A DNA stretch of 63,492 bases, filler included, from Collodictyon triciliatum (GCA_043381765.1; 4 parts of 4 records of this genome joined end to end with filler, not necessarily neighbours in it), one strand, 5' to 3'. Numbered from the whole stretch's first letter, positions 41,267 to 54,905 are shown. Notes: generated from the letters alone by a model not told the origin. Made by a program: numbers and translations.

Positions 41267-41689
41267 GTCCTGGTGACGGGTCGCCGAGCGGAAAACTTCC
41301 TAGCGAATAAACAGATATATGAGTAGATTAGAGAGAGAAAAGGCGGGGAGTTCAGAAGAAACAACTCAATAAGGCCTGTGAGTGTCCGGCTCCCCAAGAA
41401 GAAGAGTCCAACCCGCCGCACCATCTTGATCAACATGGCGACGAGCTCACTAACCTCAGCGAAACGTGATCCAAAAATCATTGATCCGATTGTTTCGAAA
41501 TGCAGCTATTGTGGAATTTATACCAAAATGATGATTCTTACCTATCTATCTAATTTTTCATATACTGTAGCCAAGATTTGGTATAGAGAAGAATATTTAC
41601 ATTAATATAGTGTATTTTTATGAACAACTGGCTGCTATAGAGACTTTCCTCTTCGCTTATGCTCTGTAAATCTAATCAGCCTGTCTCAC

Positions 41690-43192
41690 ATGGATCACAA
41701 CCACAAACTCATCCTCGAAGCAGGAGCAGGAGAGAAAATGCTCGCCGTTTGCCAGCGCAACCCGTATCTTCGCTCGTTGACCACCCGCGTGGCCGAATGC
41801 AAACTGCTGATCCAAGCGCAGCCTTCGAAGGCCTCTGCAGAGAAAAAGAAGGACGCCCAACAAAAGCAGACGCCCGTTGAACAGGAGACTCCGCTCTATG
41901 AGGTTACCTTGGACGAGACCATCCTCTTTGCTGAAGGAGGAGGGCAGCCTTCGGACTCTGGAAAGGTCTCCGAGTTTAATCTTCTCTCCTTTCTTCTTTC
42001 TTATATTTTTTTGTATTTGTTTTTCTGTTATTTTCAGTTTTTATTCTCTTTTTTGTGTTTGTTTTTTCTTTTCATTTTTTTAATTTTTTTGTTTCGTTTT
42101 TTTTCTCTCCCCCCGGTCCCTGCGAGTCTCCTCACTCATCCGCCATGATACACACCTGAAGTAGAGTGCATGCAAATTCCAACACATGTAAATCCTCAAG
42201 TAACCTTTAAACATTTTTACAAACAGATTGCTGGCATAGACGTTATTTCTCTTCGTCGTGAAGTAGACGGGCGTATCACTCATATCACAAAAGAGCCTGT
42301 TGAAGCTGGAACACAGGCATGAACGTCTTTAATACTTTGTAGCAATCGTCAGGATTTACTATATCTAATTATATACCATGATATCTTCGTTATGTTACTC
42401 CGTCCGTTTCATTCTATAATTTCTCTCTTATACACTTGCTCGCTGTTGTCATTTCACTTTCATAGCTCTGTATATTCTGTTAAACCGATTCTTATGTCAT
42501 TTCGCATGGTTCTTGTAATTTTTGTTTTTGTTTTTGTTTTTGTTTTGTTTTATTTTATTTTCTTTTTTTGTGCTCTGTATCCGCACTGTAGTTAACTGCG
42601 TTGTCATTGCATGCGTAGTATATTTTCATTTTCGATTCGTTTTAATTTTGTTTCGCGTCATATGATCTCATCAGTACTTCATTTAACAGGTGGAAGTAGA
42701 GCTTGACTGGGAGAAGCGCTTTGATCACATGCAACAACACACCGCGCAGCATCTGTTGAGTGCGGTTGCTGAAGATCTTCTTCAAGCACCAACATTATCG
42801 TGGGGATTGATGAAAGATAGATGCACAGTGGATTTCGACATACCCGAGCTCACCACGGAGAAAATTGAGGTTTATATAAATTCATACCGATACAAATTAA
42901 TTGCCACATTTTCATGTGTTCTGTACAACGAATATCAGTTTATATTTCCCCCTTCTTGATTGATATCATCCCCAAGATACTGGAAGCTGCTGTCAACGAA
43001 AAAATTCGCGACCAAAGGGAAGTCCGCGTTAAAGAAATTCAACCATATGAGCTGATAGAATTGGACCTTCGTGGTGGAACCAAAGGGCTTGAGAATATGG
43101 CTGGCCCAAGTGTGCATCATACCCTTTTTTTTTTTTTTCCTTTTCCTTCTCCTTTTCCTTTTTTTTTTTTTTTTTTTTTTTTTTCCTTTTTT

Positions 43193-43242
<50 letters not shown>

Positions 43243-43619
43243 CTTGCACACTTTCGAATAGATTTTACTGATACTTAGGATTACTTCTTTTCTTTCAGTC
43301 CGACTCATCGAAATTGAAGGCGTCGACATAAACCCATGTTGTGGTACACATTTGAAGAATATTGCACAAATTCAAGCGATAAAGTAAAACTTACTTTCGG
43401 CCGTATATATATATGAACTCTGCTTTCGTAGTAATATTATGGTTCACAATGCAAGATTACTCATTCGATATTGCTTGATATTGATTTATGGTAATCTATT
43501 TACATAGGTTATTAAACGTAGAAAAGACGAAAGGACTGTGGAGATTGTCTTTTCTTGCAGGCTCACGGGTGCTCAGCACGTTTAGTACCATGGCACTTCG
43601 CGAAAAGTCACTAAACTCG
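41690..43619 (+). CDS. AARSD1: Alanyl-tRNA editing protein (AlaX/AARSD1), 3' end lost at the join; start may be 41738
   Basis: CQRNPYLRSLTTRV, DETILFAEGGGQPSDSG, DWEKRFDHMQQHTAQHLLS (HxxxH), IEGVDINPCCGTHL (CxxxH). Confidence 0.92.
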
Positions 43620-43695
43620 GTACATAATCTGCATATATTTTAACACATGAAATAGAGACCCCCCCCCCCCCCCCCTTTATAAAAGAAAAAAAAAG

Positions 43696-43813
<118 letters not shown>

Positions 43814-43858
43814 AAAAAGAAAAGAAAAAAGAAAAGAAAAAGAAAAGAAAAAGAAAAG

Positions 43859-43958
43859 NNNNNNNNNNNNNNNNNNNNNNNNNNNNNNNNNNNNNNNNNN
43901 NNTTAATTAATTAANNNNNNNNNNNNNNNNNNNNNNNNNNNNNNNNNNNNNNNNNNNN
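43859..43958. other. Artificial scaffold linker N44-TTAATTAATTAA-N44
   Basis: TTAATTAATTAA at 43903-43914. Confidence 0.95.
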
Positions 43959-44076
43959 TGTATGTATGTATGTATGTATGTATGTATGTATGTATGTATG
44001 TATGTATGTATGTATGTATGTATGTATGTATGTATGTATGTATGTATGTATGTATGTATGTATGTATGTATGTATG
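43959..44076. repeat. (TATG)n microsatellite
   Basis: Perfect tetranucleotide run. Confidence 0.97.
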
Positions 44077-44095
44077 TCATGCAATATCTGCGTAC

Positions 44096-44397
44096 GTTTC
44101 ACAGATGCATTCGTCTCCCAAGATCAAGGCTGGAAGAGCAGGCGCCTCTAATGAGTCCATCAGCCGTTTTCCATTGGGTGAGTCTGCCTTGATCTCTTCC
44201 ACATCGATCTTAGCCAAAGAGAGGAAGACCTGCGCTGTCCGAGAGGCCGGGCAGTCGTGATGCACCAGGAGCTGCGGTTTTATTTTTTGTCGCAGAAGGG
44301 AGGCATGAAACGGCGCGTATTCCGAATTGCGTGCAGTCTCAATGGCACTCGAAGGCTCATCAAGAAGCTCGGTCTCTGGCTCGTCGTTGGGATCCAT
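44096..44397 (-). CDS. First exon of a glutathione S-transferase-like (thioredoxin-fold N-domain) protein; remainder lost at the join
   Basis: LLVHHDCPASRTAQVFLSLAKIDVEEI...ALPALILGDECICET fits the GST-N pattern (CPxS, cis-Pro LPAL, E-S/T). Donor gtacgc. Confidence 0.6.
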
Positions 44398-45889
44398 CGC
44401 GCTTTGTGTGTCTGTGTGTCTTTGCTGTGCTTCGTGTGTTGGGAGTTGAGGGTTGGGAGTAAAGAGTTTGCGCGTTATTTTTTGGCGAAGGTGAAAGTGC
44501 CAGTCACGCCATTCATGCTAAATGCGTATACCGTTTTTACAGTATTTAATATATGGTATTATATGCCTATTTTGGAAACTGTGGCGGCTTTGTGGTGGGG
44601 GTTGGTTGAGTGGATGACAGGGTGTGGTGAAGAGTGTAGGACTTTGATATTTTATTCTGCTCTTGTATTTTTCCCCGTAAGTGGCTTTGCTCAACTGGTC
44701 GTTGGGAATGGCTGATTTTTGTTTGTCGAGTGCATATTTTACTCAATCCCGTTGTGTGGGAGTTTTAGGAAATCTGTATTGCTTCTCACACCCAGACACT
44801 TATGCCTATTCCGAACCAAGTCCAGCGTGTAATTGATATCCCGTAGGATTCAGAGGCTTTTTTTTTCTTGGCTATGACAGCGTGCACGTTGTACGTTTGG
44901 GTATACTTGATTACGTTTCTCTCCTGGGAAGGCCATCTTCGAAATCCGCTAATGGCTGACAGGCGATTGAGGCGAACTTGAAAGTACCGAAGTCAATCGC
45001 GCTCACTGCCACGTTTTTTTAAATATTAAGATTAAGATTTTTTATTATTTTATCCCTTGGCCTATTCACCGATATGATTTCGTTTGAATTCTTATATTCC
45101 AGTTTCTGAAATACAATAAGGTGTCCATCTTATTCGTCATTTCAACATTCTCTTAAAAAGCACTTCCATGGACCTCTTAGTTTGCTATGTGCCAACATTT
45201 CATGTCAAATGCATTTCATTCTGTAGAAAAAGATAACTCTGATAATGGCAGTTCAGCATAGTTCTGCGTGGAGATTAACACGAAAATGTTTACAAACAAA
45301 AGTGTATTTGATGCACTCTTCATTTCAATGATTGGCCCACTGGATGTAATATTCTGACAGCTTGCATCTCGTGATATTCCGCGTGTTCTCGGCCTTACGA
45401 AACAAGTCATTGTATTATATTTGTAGTCGGATTATCAGAAATGTGATGTGATCTTTTATTTTATTTATTGGCGGCTTACCTTTTTCAATTCTCATTCGTT
45501 TCCATTAAAATCTGCATGTATTATCAACTAGCTGGTCAAGTCAGAATTTCCTATCTATTCGTGCCATTACTTTCTCTCGACATTTTATATCCTACTATTG
45601 CTAATTCTAGAGGGTCTGCCAGCCCAGATTTTGGTGTGATTCGGTTTTCTGCTGAAGCTCATTTTCTTCCTCTAGATATTTTTTTTTTTAAAAAAGAAAC
45701 TCATGTTTAAGAAGAATATGGAACTCGGCAGTCATATAAACAGGCTTGTAGTTATCCAAATAGGCTCAAAGGGAAACACGAATCTTCTAGATGAATCGTG
45801 ATAACCCCCCCTTTTTTTTTTTTTTGTCATCGTTACACTCTTGCAAAAAATAAAGAAGTAACCATGTAAGCTAAATGTTTGAAATTTAT

Positions 45890-47183
45890 TTATCCCAAAT
45901 GATCCTCTGTGCGAAGATATTCTCCGATGTCGCCCTGGTGAAGTACGATAATTGCAGTAGGATCTGCTCGATTAGAATCCAGGCTAGAACGTGCGGTGAC
46001 TCCAAAGCCTTGATTCATAATGCAAAAAATGAAACAATAATTTCTTTAATTTCTTCCTATTCACCTAGTTTCCACACTTCAATAAGCACTTAGATATAGA
46101 CTATCATATCATATCATATCATATCATAAATATGACGTAAAGAACCTAGGGGAAGGTCTGACTGGGAGAAAATGACGACTCCTTGACCGCTGATGATTTA
46201 ATTCAGAAGTTAAACAAGTACATTTAAAAAAAAAGAGGAACGCGCATGGTGGAAAAATACAATAACTTCTTTATGATCACAACGAGATACCACCATCTTT
46301 AATAGAACCAAAATTCTAGACGCAATTTTCAAATTAAATCCACACTTTCAACTCAAAGCAAATGCTGATGACCAACCTAGGAGTATCCTGACTCATGCGG
46401 TGCAGGCCAGCCTTCAGGACGTGGTTTCCGTACAGGAACGAAAGCTCTGCTGATGGTTTGACCCATACTTTGTACTGTGTGAGAATACCATGAGAAGTGG
46501 CTTCAAAACGATATCATGTAGCAATTATTGCATATCTGAGTGTGTCATATGGATCAGGAGAATTTATCAAGATGTAAAAATGTATATGAATAATGAGTGG
46601 CGAACTTGCACGTTGTGCTTTCATACCTCTGCATATTGTGCTATCAGGTCAAGGCATGTCACCTGGAGATGGAAGTTCTTTCCTTTGGTGAACTTTCCCA
46701 CCAGAACACCCAGTCCGACAAGGCTTTCTCTGCTAATGTTAGTGCTGCGTTTCATGATCCTCTCACTGACGTAGTAAACGCGATCCTTGTGCAGGCGAAA
46801 GCAGTAGTCTTCGTCTGTTCTTTCAATCAGGCTCCGAATGTTTGCACCAATGCTGTTGAATGTTCCAAGATAACAAATGCACACAACACAGAAAAGTTAA
46901 GACACTGCTTATATTACTGTTCTTGTTGTTATTATTATTGAAATCATTCTACCAAGACTGTTATGGGCTTGTTTCTTTATTTCCAGTTCTCAATAAGTGA
47001 CTGTATGACAGAGCGTGCAATATAATCAAATGCATGGACATGCATCTTCAAGATACTTGTGAACGAGCACAACAGCAAGGGATTAGCTTGTTGTGAGAAA
47101 AAAAAAAAAAAAGAAAAAACAACTCACAACTTGACCAGTTTCTCGAAAACCTTCTTGGTCTCTTCTTCGGTGAGGGGACGCAT
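45890..47183 (-). CDS. NIP7: 60S ribosome biogenesis protein NIP7, five exons, complete
   Basis: [79 protein letters not shown]. All introns splice in frame. Confidence 0.97.
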
Positions 47184-47940
47184 TGTCTTGTGCTTCTGTG
47201 ACAGGGACTATTCGATCTTTTTCGCGACGATTTGTGGTTACCTCTTGGAACGTGTTACTGTTTGAGTGTTTGATGTTTCATGATGATCAGAGTGAACGCG
47301 ATCTGTTTGTTGTGGTCTCATGTAAAGTACCGTATGTCCATTATTAGATAAAGCCGGTAGCCGAGGTCATATCGCGTTCTGGTATGTTTATTTAATTCTT
47401 TTCTTCTTGGGTGGCGAAAGTGCTTAGAATTTTGTTTCCGTTTGCATTGTGATATCATTGAAGTAGTTGAGAAATGGATTGCTTTAGCTGAGTCACTGAG
47501 AAGAATAGAAACGTCTTTGACTAGAATATGCCTTGGTGCTTTCTTTTTTTAATGGCTCATTAGGGATTAACAGACAGATGACTTTTTTTATCCGTTCAAA
47601 ATGTACAAGGATTCATAATCGCTATATTTTTCAAACATAAATAATGACAGACAACCGTGTCATGGGTAATGGATATCATCATCGTGGGCAAAATTGTGGG
47701 GATTCTCATTTATTTTTTCTTTGGTTATCCCGATGAAAAATTATTATTATTATTTTCTTTCTCTGGGGGTTGGCAATACCCATGTGTCCTTCACTATATT
47801 TTTACATGGGAAACAATTCTCAAAAATGGGTATGAAAAACGTCAATAAATAATACACCGATGGACTGTGGCTGCAAACGTTAAAACGAATAGACTTTTTT
47901 TTGAAGCTTTTCATTTATTTCAACAGCTGTTCTCGGTGTT

Positions 47941-50900
47941 TCAATAAAGAGGTAACCCTGAAGCTATGTCTTTTTTGAAGGCATCCTATTTGATGACAAA
48001 ATATTACAATCATTAATCGGGGCAACCAAGACAGAATTCACCAGAAAGCGATAAAATTTTGGTGACGTTGGGAATGCGTCACCTCGAGTTTAGCGTACTC
48101 CTGCTCAGCCTTTTCATCCACAATTGTTTCAGCAGTCGTGTCGTGCACAACTTCTGCTTCTTCCTAAAATAAGATTTCTATTAATCAAAAAAATCACATA
48201 AAATACACATGGAAAATGAAACATCTCACCAGCGCGATAAAATAACTCACCATCACTTTGTTTGCTGCATCCTTTTCTTTCTCTTGAAGCTCGACGTTGC
48301 GGACAGCATTCCGAGCATTTGTGTATGATACTCTTTTTATTTCTCTTTCAAAGAAGCCATCCATGACACCTCTCTGAAAAAAAATATACATGTAAGAAAG
48401 GTCGAATATGTTTTTACTTGCGAATATAAAAATAGCTGCATAAGGATATATTAAAAAAATGTAAATACCTCGTTCGGGGTTATTCTCGACAGATTACGAG
48501 GCACCTCCATGATATGCAGTGTGCCTGATTCGTCCCCCACAGCAAGATATTGCACTCCTAGGTGAATTGGTACAATATATTACGCGATTATTTTCGTTTT
48601 CTGGATATATTTTGAATATAAAATGATTGCTTATTCCCTTTCATGAAAAGGTCTTTATTTGCATCTGGCCCTACGGAGGCACAATCGGGATAGAAAGTTA
48701 ATTACCTCTGGTATTAGGGGGTGCAAATTCAAGTGACGTAATCGAGCCTGATGTGACTGCTTGACACATGGAAGGTTCGTGTGACCGATCAAGAAAATCC
48801 CTGCAGTTGCGAATTGAAATGAGACAAAAGAAGAAAGGGAAGACGAAATTGAAGTAGTGAAGTTTCCAGTCACCTGTTCGTGAGAAAAATTACCAAAGAG
48901 ATTGACATTCTAATTTACGTGTTTTTTTTTTGTTTTTGGAAAAAGACATTTAGAAACGAACCATATTTCCACATAACCATCCGATTTTGCAATAAAAATG
49001 ACTCCAGGACGAGTTGGAGACCATCTTCCAGATGCAAGATATGCATTCGTGTTTGAATTCGAATTCGATTTCGTGTAGTTTGACGAAAAAATTGGTCTCT
49101 ACGATGGAGAATAAAAAATGACCATGGGGCCACAATCTATGTTTAAACTAAATAGTGGTATCCATGTTTTTTTTTTTTTGGTTTGACATGTGAATATGCG
49201 ACAGACTTACATCATGTATTCTCTCTTTCCACAGATTGAAAGACCAATCTCCAACTGTGAGAATAATATCAGGGAAAAAAGGAGACCTCTACAATTTGTG
49301 CAAGATTAAAAAGAATAAAAATAAAAGGCTTACTTTATGAGATGTTCTACCAATTTTTGGAAAAAAAAGAAAAAAATATTTGCCAATGAAAATCAGAAGG
49401 GGTTTCAAATCAAACTGTGGTATTCTTATGTATAACATATAGATAAGAATACCACACGACCCAAAGAAAGGAAGAAAAAGAAGGGTGTTGTGACATGTAT
49501 CGACATAAACCTGTAGGTCCACTATTGGGCCACAATGCCTTGGAATCGCATACTTAACAAAACAGTGCTTTGCTTCAGTCAGTTCATCATATCTCGGAGG
49601 AGGAGGAGACCAGTCACCGTAAAGAATTTCACCGTCCTAGGTGTGCAGTACATAGGTCATTGCGATTGCTTTTCTTCTTATCCTAGTCTTCACATTGCAA
49701 ATATCAAATGGAAAACAATATCTCGGGAAACTAGGGAAATGAAAAGGTTTCTTTCTCTCTTTCTCTTTTTTTAAAGGTGAGTAGTTTCCTCATATTTGTT
49801 TAACCTACCTCAGTAGTGGCATAGAATAGCATATTTTTAATGCCGAGGCACACTTTTGTAGGTGCGTATTCTCCAGAGCCATCCATTCTGTTCAAAACAA
49901 TTTTATGATGAGGAGTCCACGGAGAATCCTTATCTAAGAGATTTAAATATTGTAAACAAATTATTCAGCGTACAGAAGACGGTAACAATAAGTTCATAGT
50001 TATAACTTTTGCAGATTTTGTTAAACTTTACGTGCAAACAAAGAGTAATTTGTGGGTGCCTCATACCTCTCATTTGGTCTTTGCTTTTGTTCCGGAGGTC
50101 CCAAATTAATAGTACTCCATCAGCAGATGCTGTAATAAATTGATAGCTACTTGTGCCTGTACTTAGATTGAGCACATTATTTGGCATAATCTCCATGTCT
50201 GGTTGAATCCAACGTAAATCAGTTATCGCAGCGTGGTGGCTATTTTCGATTGTGGACAGATACGTATTCTTGATAACCGGAATATGCCCAGAACTATAAT
50301 CAAAAAGGATCTATTAATACAATTCTAGTATATACGAAGAATGTCTAAAAACAGTGCATACTTGATTAATGGGAAGATAATGGATATGTGAAAATGTGAC
50401 AAAACGTCAACGGGATTTTGCTTATGCATTTGGTCATGTGAGTGATAATATCCATACTTTGACTCCTCCTCGTCTTTTCCACTCGAACCAACTTTTTTTC
50501 TTCCTTTACTCCGTAGGTCCTCCAAGGCACTGCTGATATCCCAAAGAATGACCTGGATTTACCATTAAAAAAAATTGTTCACCTTATATTTGCAACGATA
50601 AGCTAATTACATACTCTTCAGTTTTCAGAAAGCTAACAAAGAGTGGACAACAATTGCTGTAAGACATGAGAGGCTGTGCTTATTGATAATTATGTATTTA
50701 AAGAAAAGCATAAAATATAAAATCTACATACCTGACCACTCACACAGCCACCAGCAATCAAATGCGGAATTGTTGGGTTGTACCTGAAGCATATGACATC
50801 GCTGGGAGATTCCAGAACGAACTAGTGTCAAAGTTGAATTAGTACAGTATATTTGGAAGCGAATCAGTAATAATCCAATGTAAGCTTAGACAGCTCATGA

Positions 50901-52630
50901 TTATTTTTTTTATTGCTTCAATAGAATTTGATAAGAACCTGAGGATGGATGGGGTCTGCAAAATTCCATATCAAAATCACAGAGTTTTGCACCTTCCCAG
51001 ATATGTCAACTCTATGGTCGAACGACATTTTCTCGGTACAGGAAACAGCAACAACACCTTCTCGTAAGAAAGATATTAAATGTGAATGAGAGATATAAAG
51101 TTCATACGAATCCAAAGTTAAAAAAAGTTAGTGATGTGAAGTAGTTTACAAGGCAATGCTGATGTAAATACCGCGACTTCCAGGTTGCCAGTCAATCCCT
51201 GTGATGGACTTGCTTTTACTATATACTAGATCTGCAAACGATTGAAACTCCTAATGAGACAGATAAAATGTGATTAATATTATAATTATTATTTGCGTAG
51301 GATATTTATAATTTTTTCCTCGATCAATCTTGTTTCAGCACTAGGATTTTTACCCAAAGTTCATGTGTGTACCTTCAACTGATTATCGGTTTTGTTGCCG
51401 AAGGAGTTTTCCTCGTCGACAAGGGTGATGTAGTCATCTGTGAACACGTCCATCGTGATATTTTGCAAGAGACCGTTTTCAACTCTGCATAATACAATTA
51501 TTTGTGTAAACTACATCTCGCAAGTATCTTTTGCATAAACAATCACCATGATACATTTGCTCAATTCTAAATTCGCAACCACAAGCGTTAGAAATCGCCA
51601 TGATACCTGGGAAATACTTCGTGGAGAAAGTCGTTCATTCCTTGGGACGTCGATGTAAATTCTTTTTCTGCTTCGTTCATGTTCATCGGTTGATATTGTA
51701 CAGACATATTCACTGGACGAAACCTAGTATCATTTAAAATCAAATGAGACCATGGTTCAAAAGTAGTGATTTTCCTTCGAAATTAAGGCTTACAAATATA
51801 TTTGGTAAAAAATGGAGAATATAATATCATAACCAACACGAGTTTTTGTGGGTTTACCAGGTGGTTTGTGTTGGTGTGCATTTTGAAGCTAAAATAGCCT
51901 TAATGTAGATGAAAACTATATTAGCCTCACAGCACTTGGATATTTTGCATCCAAATAAAGCACAAATAATGTTTTGGTTTACGGCAGGAAATATTCAAAT
52001 TTAACATAATTCAGGACAAAGGAAAATGCTATGTGATTTCAGACTGCACACTCACTTGGACACCGGAATCGCGCTGGAGAGACCGGATCTCAAAGTTGGG
52101 ATCTTTGTACGGGCGAAACTCAACCAATGTATCGTGTGCATCCCGGTCGATGAAACGGTATAGGCTGCCAAACTCTTTGCGAGGCTTGCTTATGTTGAGG
52201 ACCATCTATAAAATAACACTTCGTTTTCATCTACTGCATTCATTGATATTATCATTCATTCATTCATTCATTCATTCATTCATTCATTCATTCATTCATT
52301 CATAGTTATGGAGCAATTCAAAATACGGATGACGTTGTGACAGTGCTTTGGTGAGGATGTCAAAGTATATTCAATTAATGTAAACTGTGTGCTTCGGGTG
52401 GAAATACGAATAATTTTTCGAGAAAAGATAAAGAAGATATAGGCGGCATTCAATGGTGGAAGAAAAAAAAAACATAAGAGAAGGCCATTATGCACTCAGA
52501 ATTGTTGCATACTAACCAAAGGACGATTATTGACTACAACCGACTCGTTTATTTCCTGCTCACTTCCTTGTGAGCGCCAACCCTGTGCGGACGAGGTTGT
52601 GATCTCTCTGATCGGGATATCATCCTGCAT
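47941..52630 (-). CDS. DNAI3: Axonemal inner-arm dynein intermediate chain WDR63/DNAI3 (IC140-like), multi-exon; 5' exons may extend to about 53100
   Basis: GWRSQGSEQEI, KPRKEFG, LIWNFADPIHPQFVLESPSDVICFRYNP...IAGGCVSGQV, STIENSHHAAITDLRW, WSPTRPGVI, WDFLDRSHEPS, LAVGDESGTLHIMEVPRNL. Confidence 0.9.
52252..52302. repeat. (CATT)n intronic microsatellite
   Basis: Tetranucleotide run. Confidence 0.93.
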
Positions 52631-53342
52631 CGGAGACAATAGACGAGAGAAAAGTGTTTGTATGTAAGAACGAGAGCGAGATCTTGGACTGCCAGGGTAA
52701 TAAGAGCGCAAGTGTCATGCAATCAATCCGGCGTTTGCTGCAACATAGCGAAAGGTTGATATTTGTTTTCATAAACAACATTGTCTCGACGAGGGCAAGT
52801 TTTCATACCGTCGCAATCTCTTGTGGAGCGCCTTCTGTGGCCATTCTTGTCGATCCTCCTTTTGCCAAACCCAAATATTATTATAATTATCATTATCATT
52901 ATTATTTCTGTGACTATTTCTATTTTTCTCCGCAGATTTTACGATCAAGAAAAGAGAGGAAAAGGGAGACGAGGCAGAACAAGGTATCTGTGCGTGTTGT
53001 TCCCTTGTGCCCTACTCCATACGCCACAGGTGCTTTGATTATCGCTGGCTCTTCGGCGGTTAATGCTTTCCTCGGAGGATGCTATCGGACTGAAAGGCAC
53101 TTTGCAAGCGAGAAGAGGCGGAGCTGTTCTTCAGGAAGCGTTGAATAGGAAACCGTTGATTCCACTTTTGTAGATGCTCGTTGTACAAGGGCGGAGTCGT
53201 TCCGTACTTTTCTGTTTTGACAACCTATATCTTCTAAGTTTCTCGCGGAGGGATGCTTTAAAGAAAACTACCATACCCGAATAACACGCCTTCACGCTCA
53301 TAACCTGATGGAAAAAAGCAGACTCCCCCCTGGCTTTGCAAG

Positions 53343-54905
53343 TTGCAGTCAGTCCTTCTGGTTCCAACACTGGCGCGGAAAAACACCCTAGTTGCACGTA
53401 AGTCTAGGAAGACCCGTGCAAGGAAGCCGCCTGCAAGTCTGTCTGAGCGGACAGTATTTTTGCACGGGGTCGAGCAAGTCGTTTACAACAAGAACAAGGC
53501 CCGCAGGCTAACAGATGCGCTCGCCTCCTTCTTGAAAGCGAACAAACTTTGGGAAGAGTCCATCCAATTGCGCTTACCGGACAGCGAAGGCCTTTGCCTG
53601 ATCGCCTTCCGCACTGCAGAAAACGCCCGAAAGCTTCTGGAGCTGAAGCAGGTAAGTTTGATCGATATTACGATCAGCTTCAGCAGAAGTAAACCAACAG
53701 AGACCTCGGTGATGATCTACCAACTACCGCTGGACGTGTNNNNNNNNNNNNNNNNNNNNNNNNNNNNNNNNNNNNNNNNNNNNNNNNNNNNNNNNNNNNN
53801 NNNNNNNNNNNNNNNNNNNNNNNNNNNNNNNNNNNNNNNNNNNNNNNNNNNNNNNNNNNNNNNNNNNNNNNNNNNNNNNNNNNNNNNNNNNNNNNNNNNN
53901 NNNNNNNNNNNNNNNNNNNNNNNNNNNNNNNNNNNNNNNNNNNNNNNNNNNNNNNNNNNNNNNNNNNNNNNNNNNNNNNNNNNNNNNNNNNNNNNNNNNN
54001 NNNNNNNNNNNNNNNNNNNNNNNNNNNNNNNNNNNNNNNNNNNNNNNNNNNNNNNNNNNNNNNNNNNNNNNNNNNNNNNNNNNNNNNNNNNNNNNNNNNN
54101 NNNNNNNNNNNNNNNNNNNNNNNNNNNNNNNNNNNNNNNNNNNNNNNNNNNNNNNNNNNNNNNNNNNNNNNNNNNNNNNNNNNNNNNNNNNNNNNNNNNN
54201 NNNNNNNNNNTACCCATTCAGACTGACGTGAATATGATTTTTTTTTTATTCTTCCTTTCAATTTTGTGCAGGATGGTGAAGATGTTGGCTTTGGTTCGAC
54301 TGACGTGAATATGATTAAAGAGGAGGCATCAAGGCAGTCTTCGTTACTTGTCCGAAAGGATACTCCAAAGCGAAGGCATCACAAAAACCAGCGCCCACAA
54401 AGATAGTCCGCTTACCCTGTCCCAGCTCGTCTCACCGAGAACCAAGGAGCAAGAGCAAACAGCAAAAGTCGAATCCAAGCTTGGAACTTCACACACCAAA
54501 GACAGTCCGAACAAGCAGGAGCGTATGTTTCTAAAACCACAAACGCGTATCCATACTCCGGTAAAGCAAAGTCCACTGCCGGCTACGCATGGTTCCGAAA
54601 CCAGGGGACGGCCAAGCGCCACCTCCGATAATACCAGATAAACAACAATGTATTGCTTTTTGTCTGAATCTCCCAGCAAGAAACGCAAGGAAAGTGACCC
54701 GTTGTCCCCTCAAAAGACTCATCCAGTGGAATGAAATAGGATGTAAACCTTGCTTGAGATAGACGGTTGAAAGGACTCGCCGGAATCGATTTGAGAAGTA
54801 ACAGCTATGTGCGTACTTTCATCGACCCGACAACTTTATCCGCTCTTCTGTCAGTCTCGAATACAACCAGAAATCGCGTTGGAGCTGATTCACCTCGGGT
54901 AGAAT
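53343..54905 (+). mobile_element. Decayed ORF1 (gag/RRM-like) of an L1/Tx1-type non-LTR retrotransposon, interrupted by a gap and an insertion
   Basis: Intronless reading LCLIAFRTAENARKLL...TSVMIYQLPLDV resembles Tx1-type ORF1 RRM junctions. A low-complexity S/T/K-rich continuation with stops follows the gap, and LINE 3' fragments lie nearby. Confidence 0.5.
54221..54316 (-). mobile_element. 58-nt 5'-truncated LINE 3' tail with poly(A), flanked by a 19-bp target-site duplication
   Basis: gactgacgtgaatatgatt at 54221-54239 and 54298-54316. The reverse complement of the insert matches 57253-57301 apart from a 9-nt indel. Confidence 0.88.

Noticed and set aside
45386..45396. TTCTCGGCCTT resembling the U2 snRNA 5' end
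   Set aside because: No GTAGTA branch-pairing sequence or Sm site follows at the expected spacing.
46150..46161. GGGAAGGTCTGA resembling RNase P RNA CR-I
   Set aside because: Lies antisense within a NIP7 coding exon, and no matching CR-V was found.
47280..47380. ATGATGA box C plus gaacgcgat/atcgcgttc inverted repeat as a C/D snoRNA
   Set aside because: No CTGA box D at a plausible distance, and it sits in the NIP7 promoter region.
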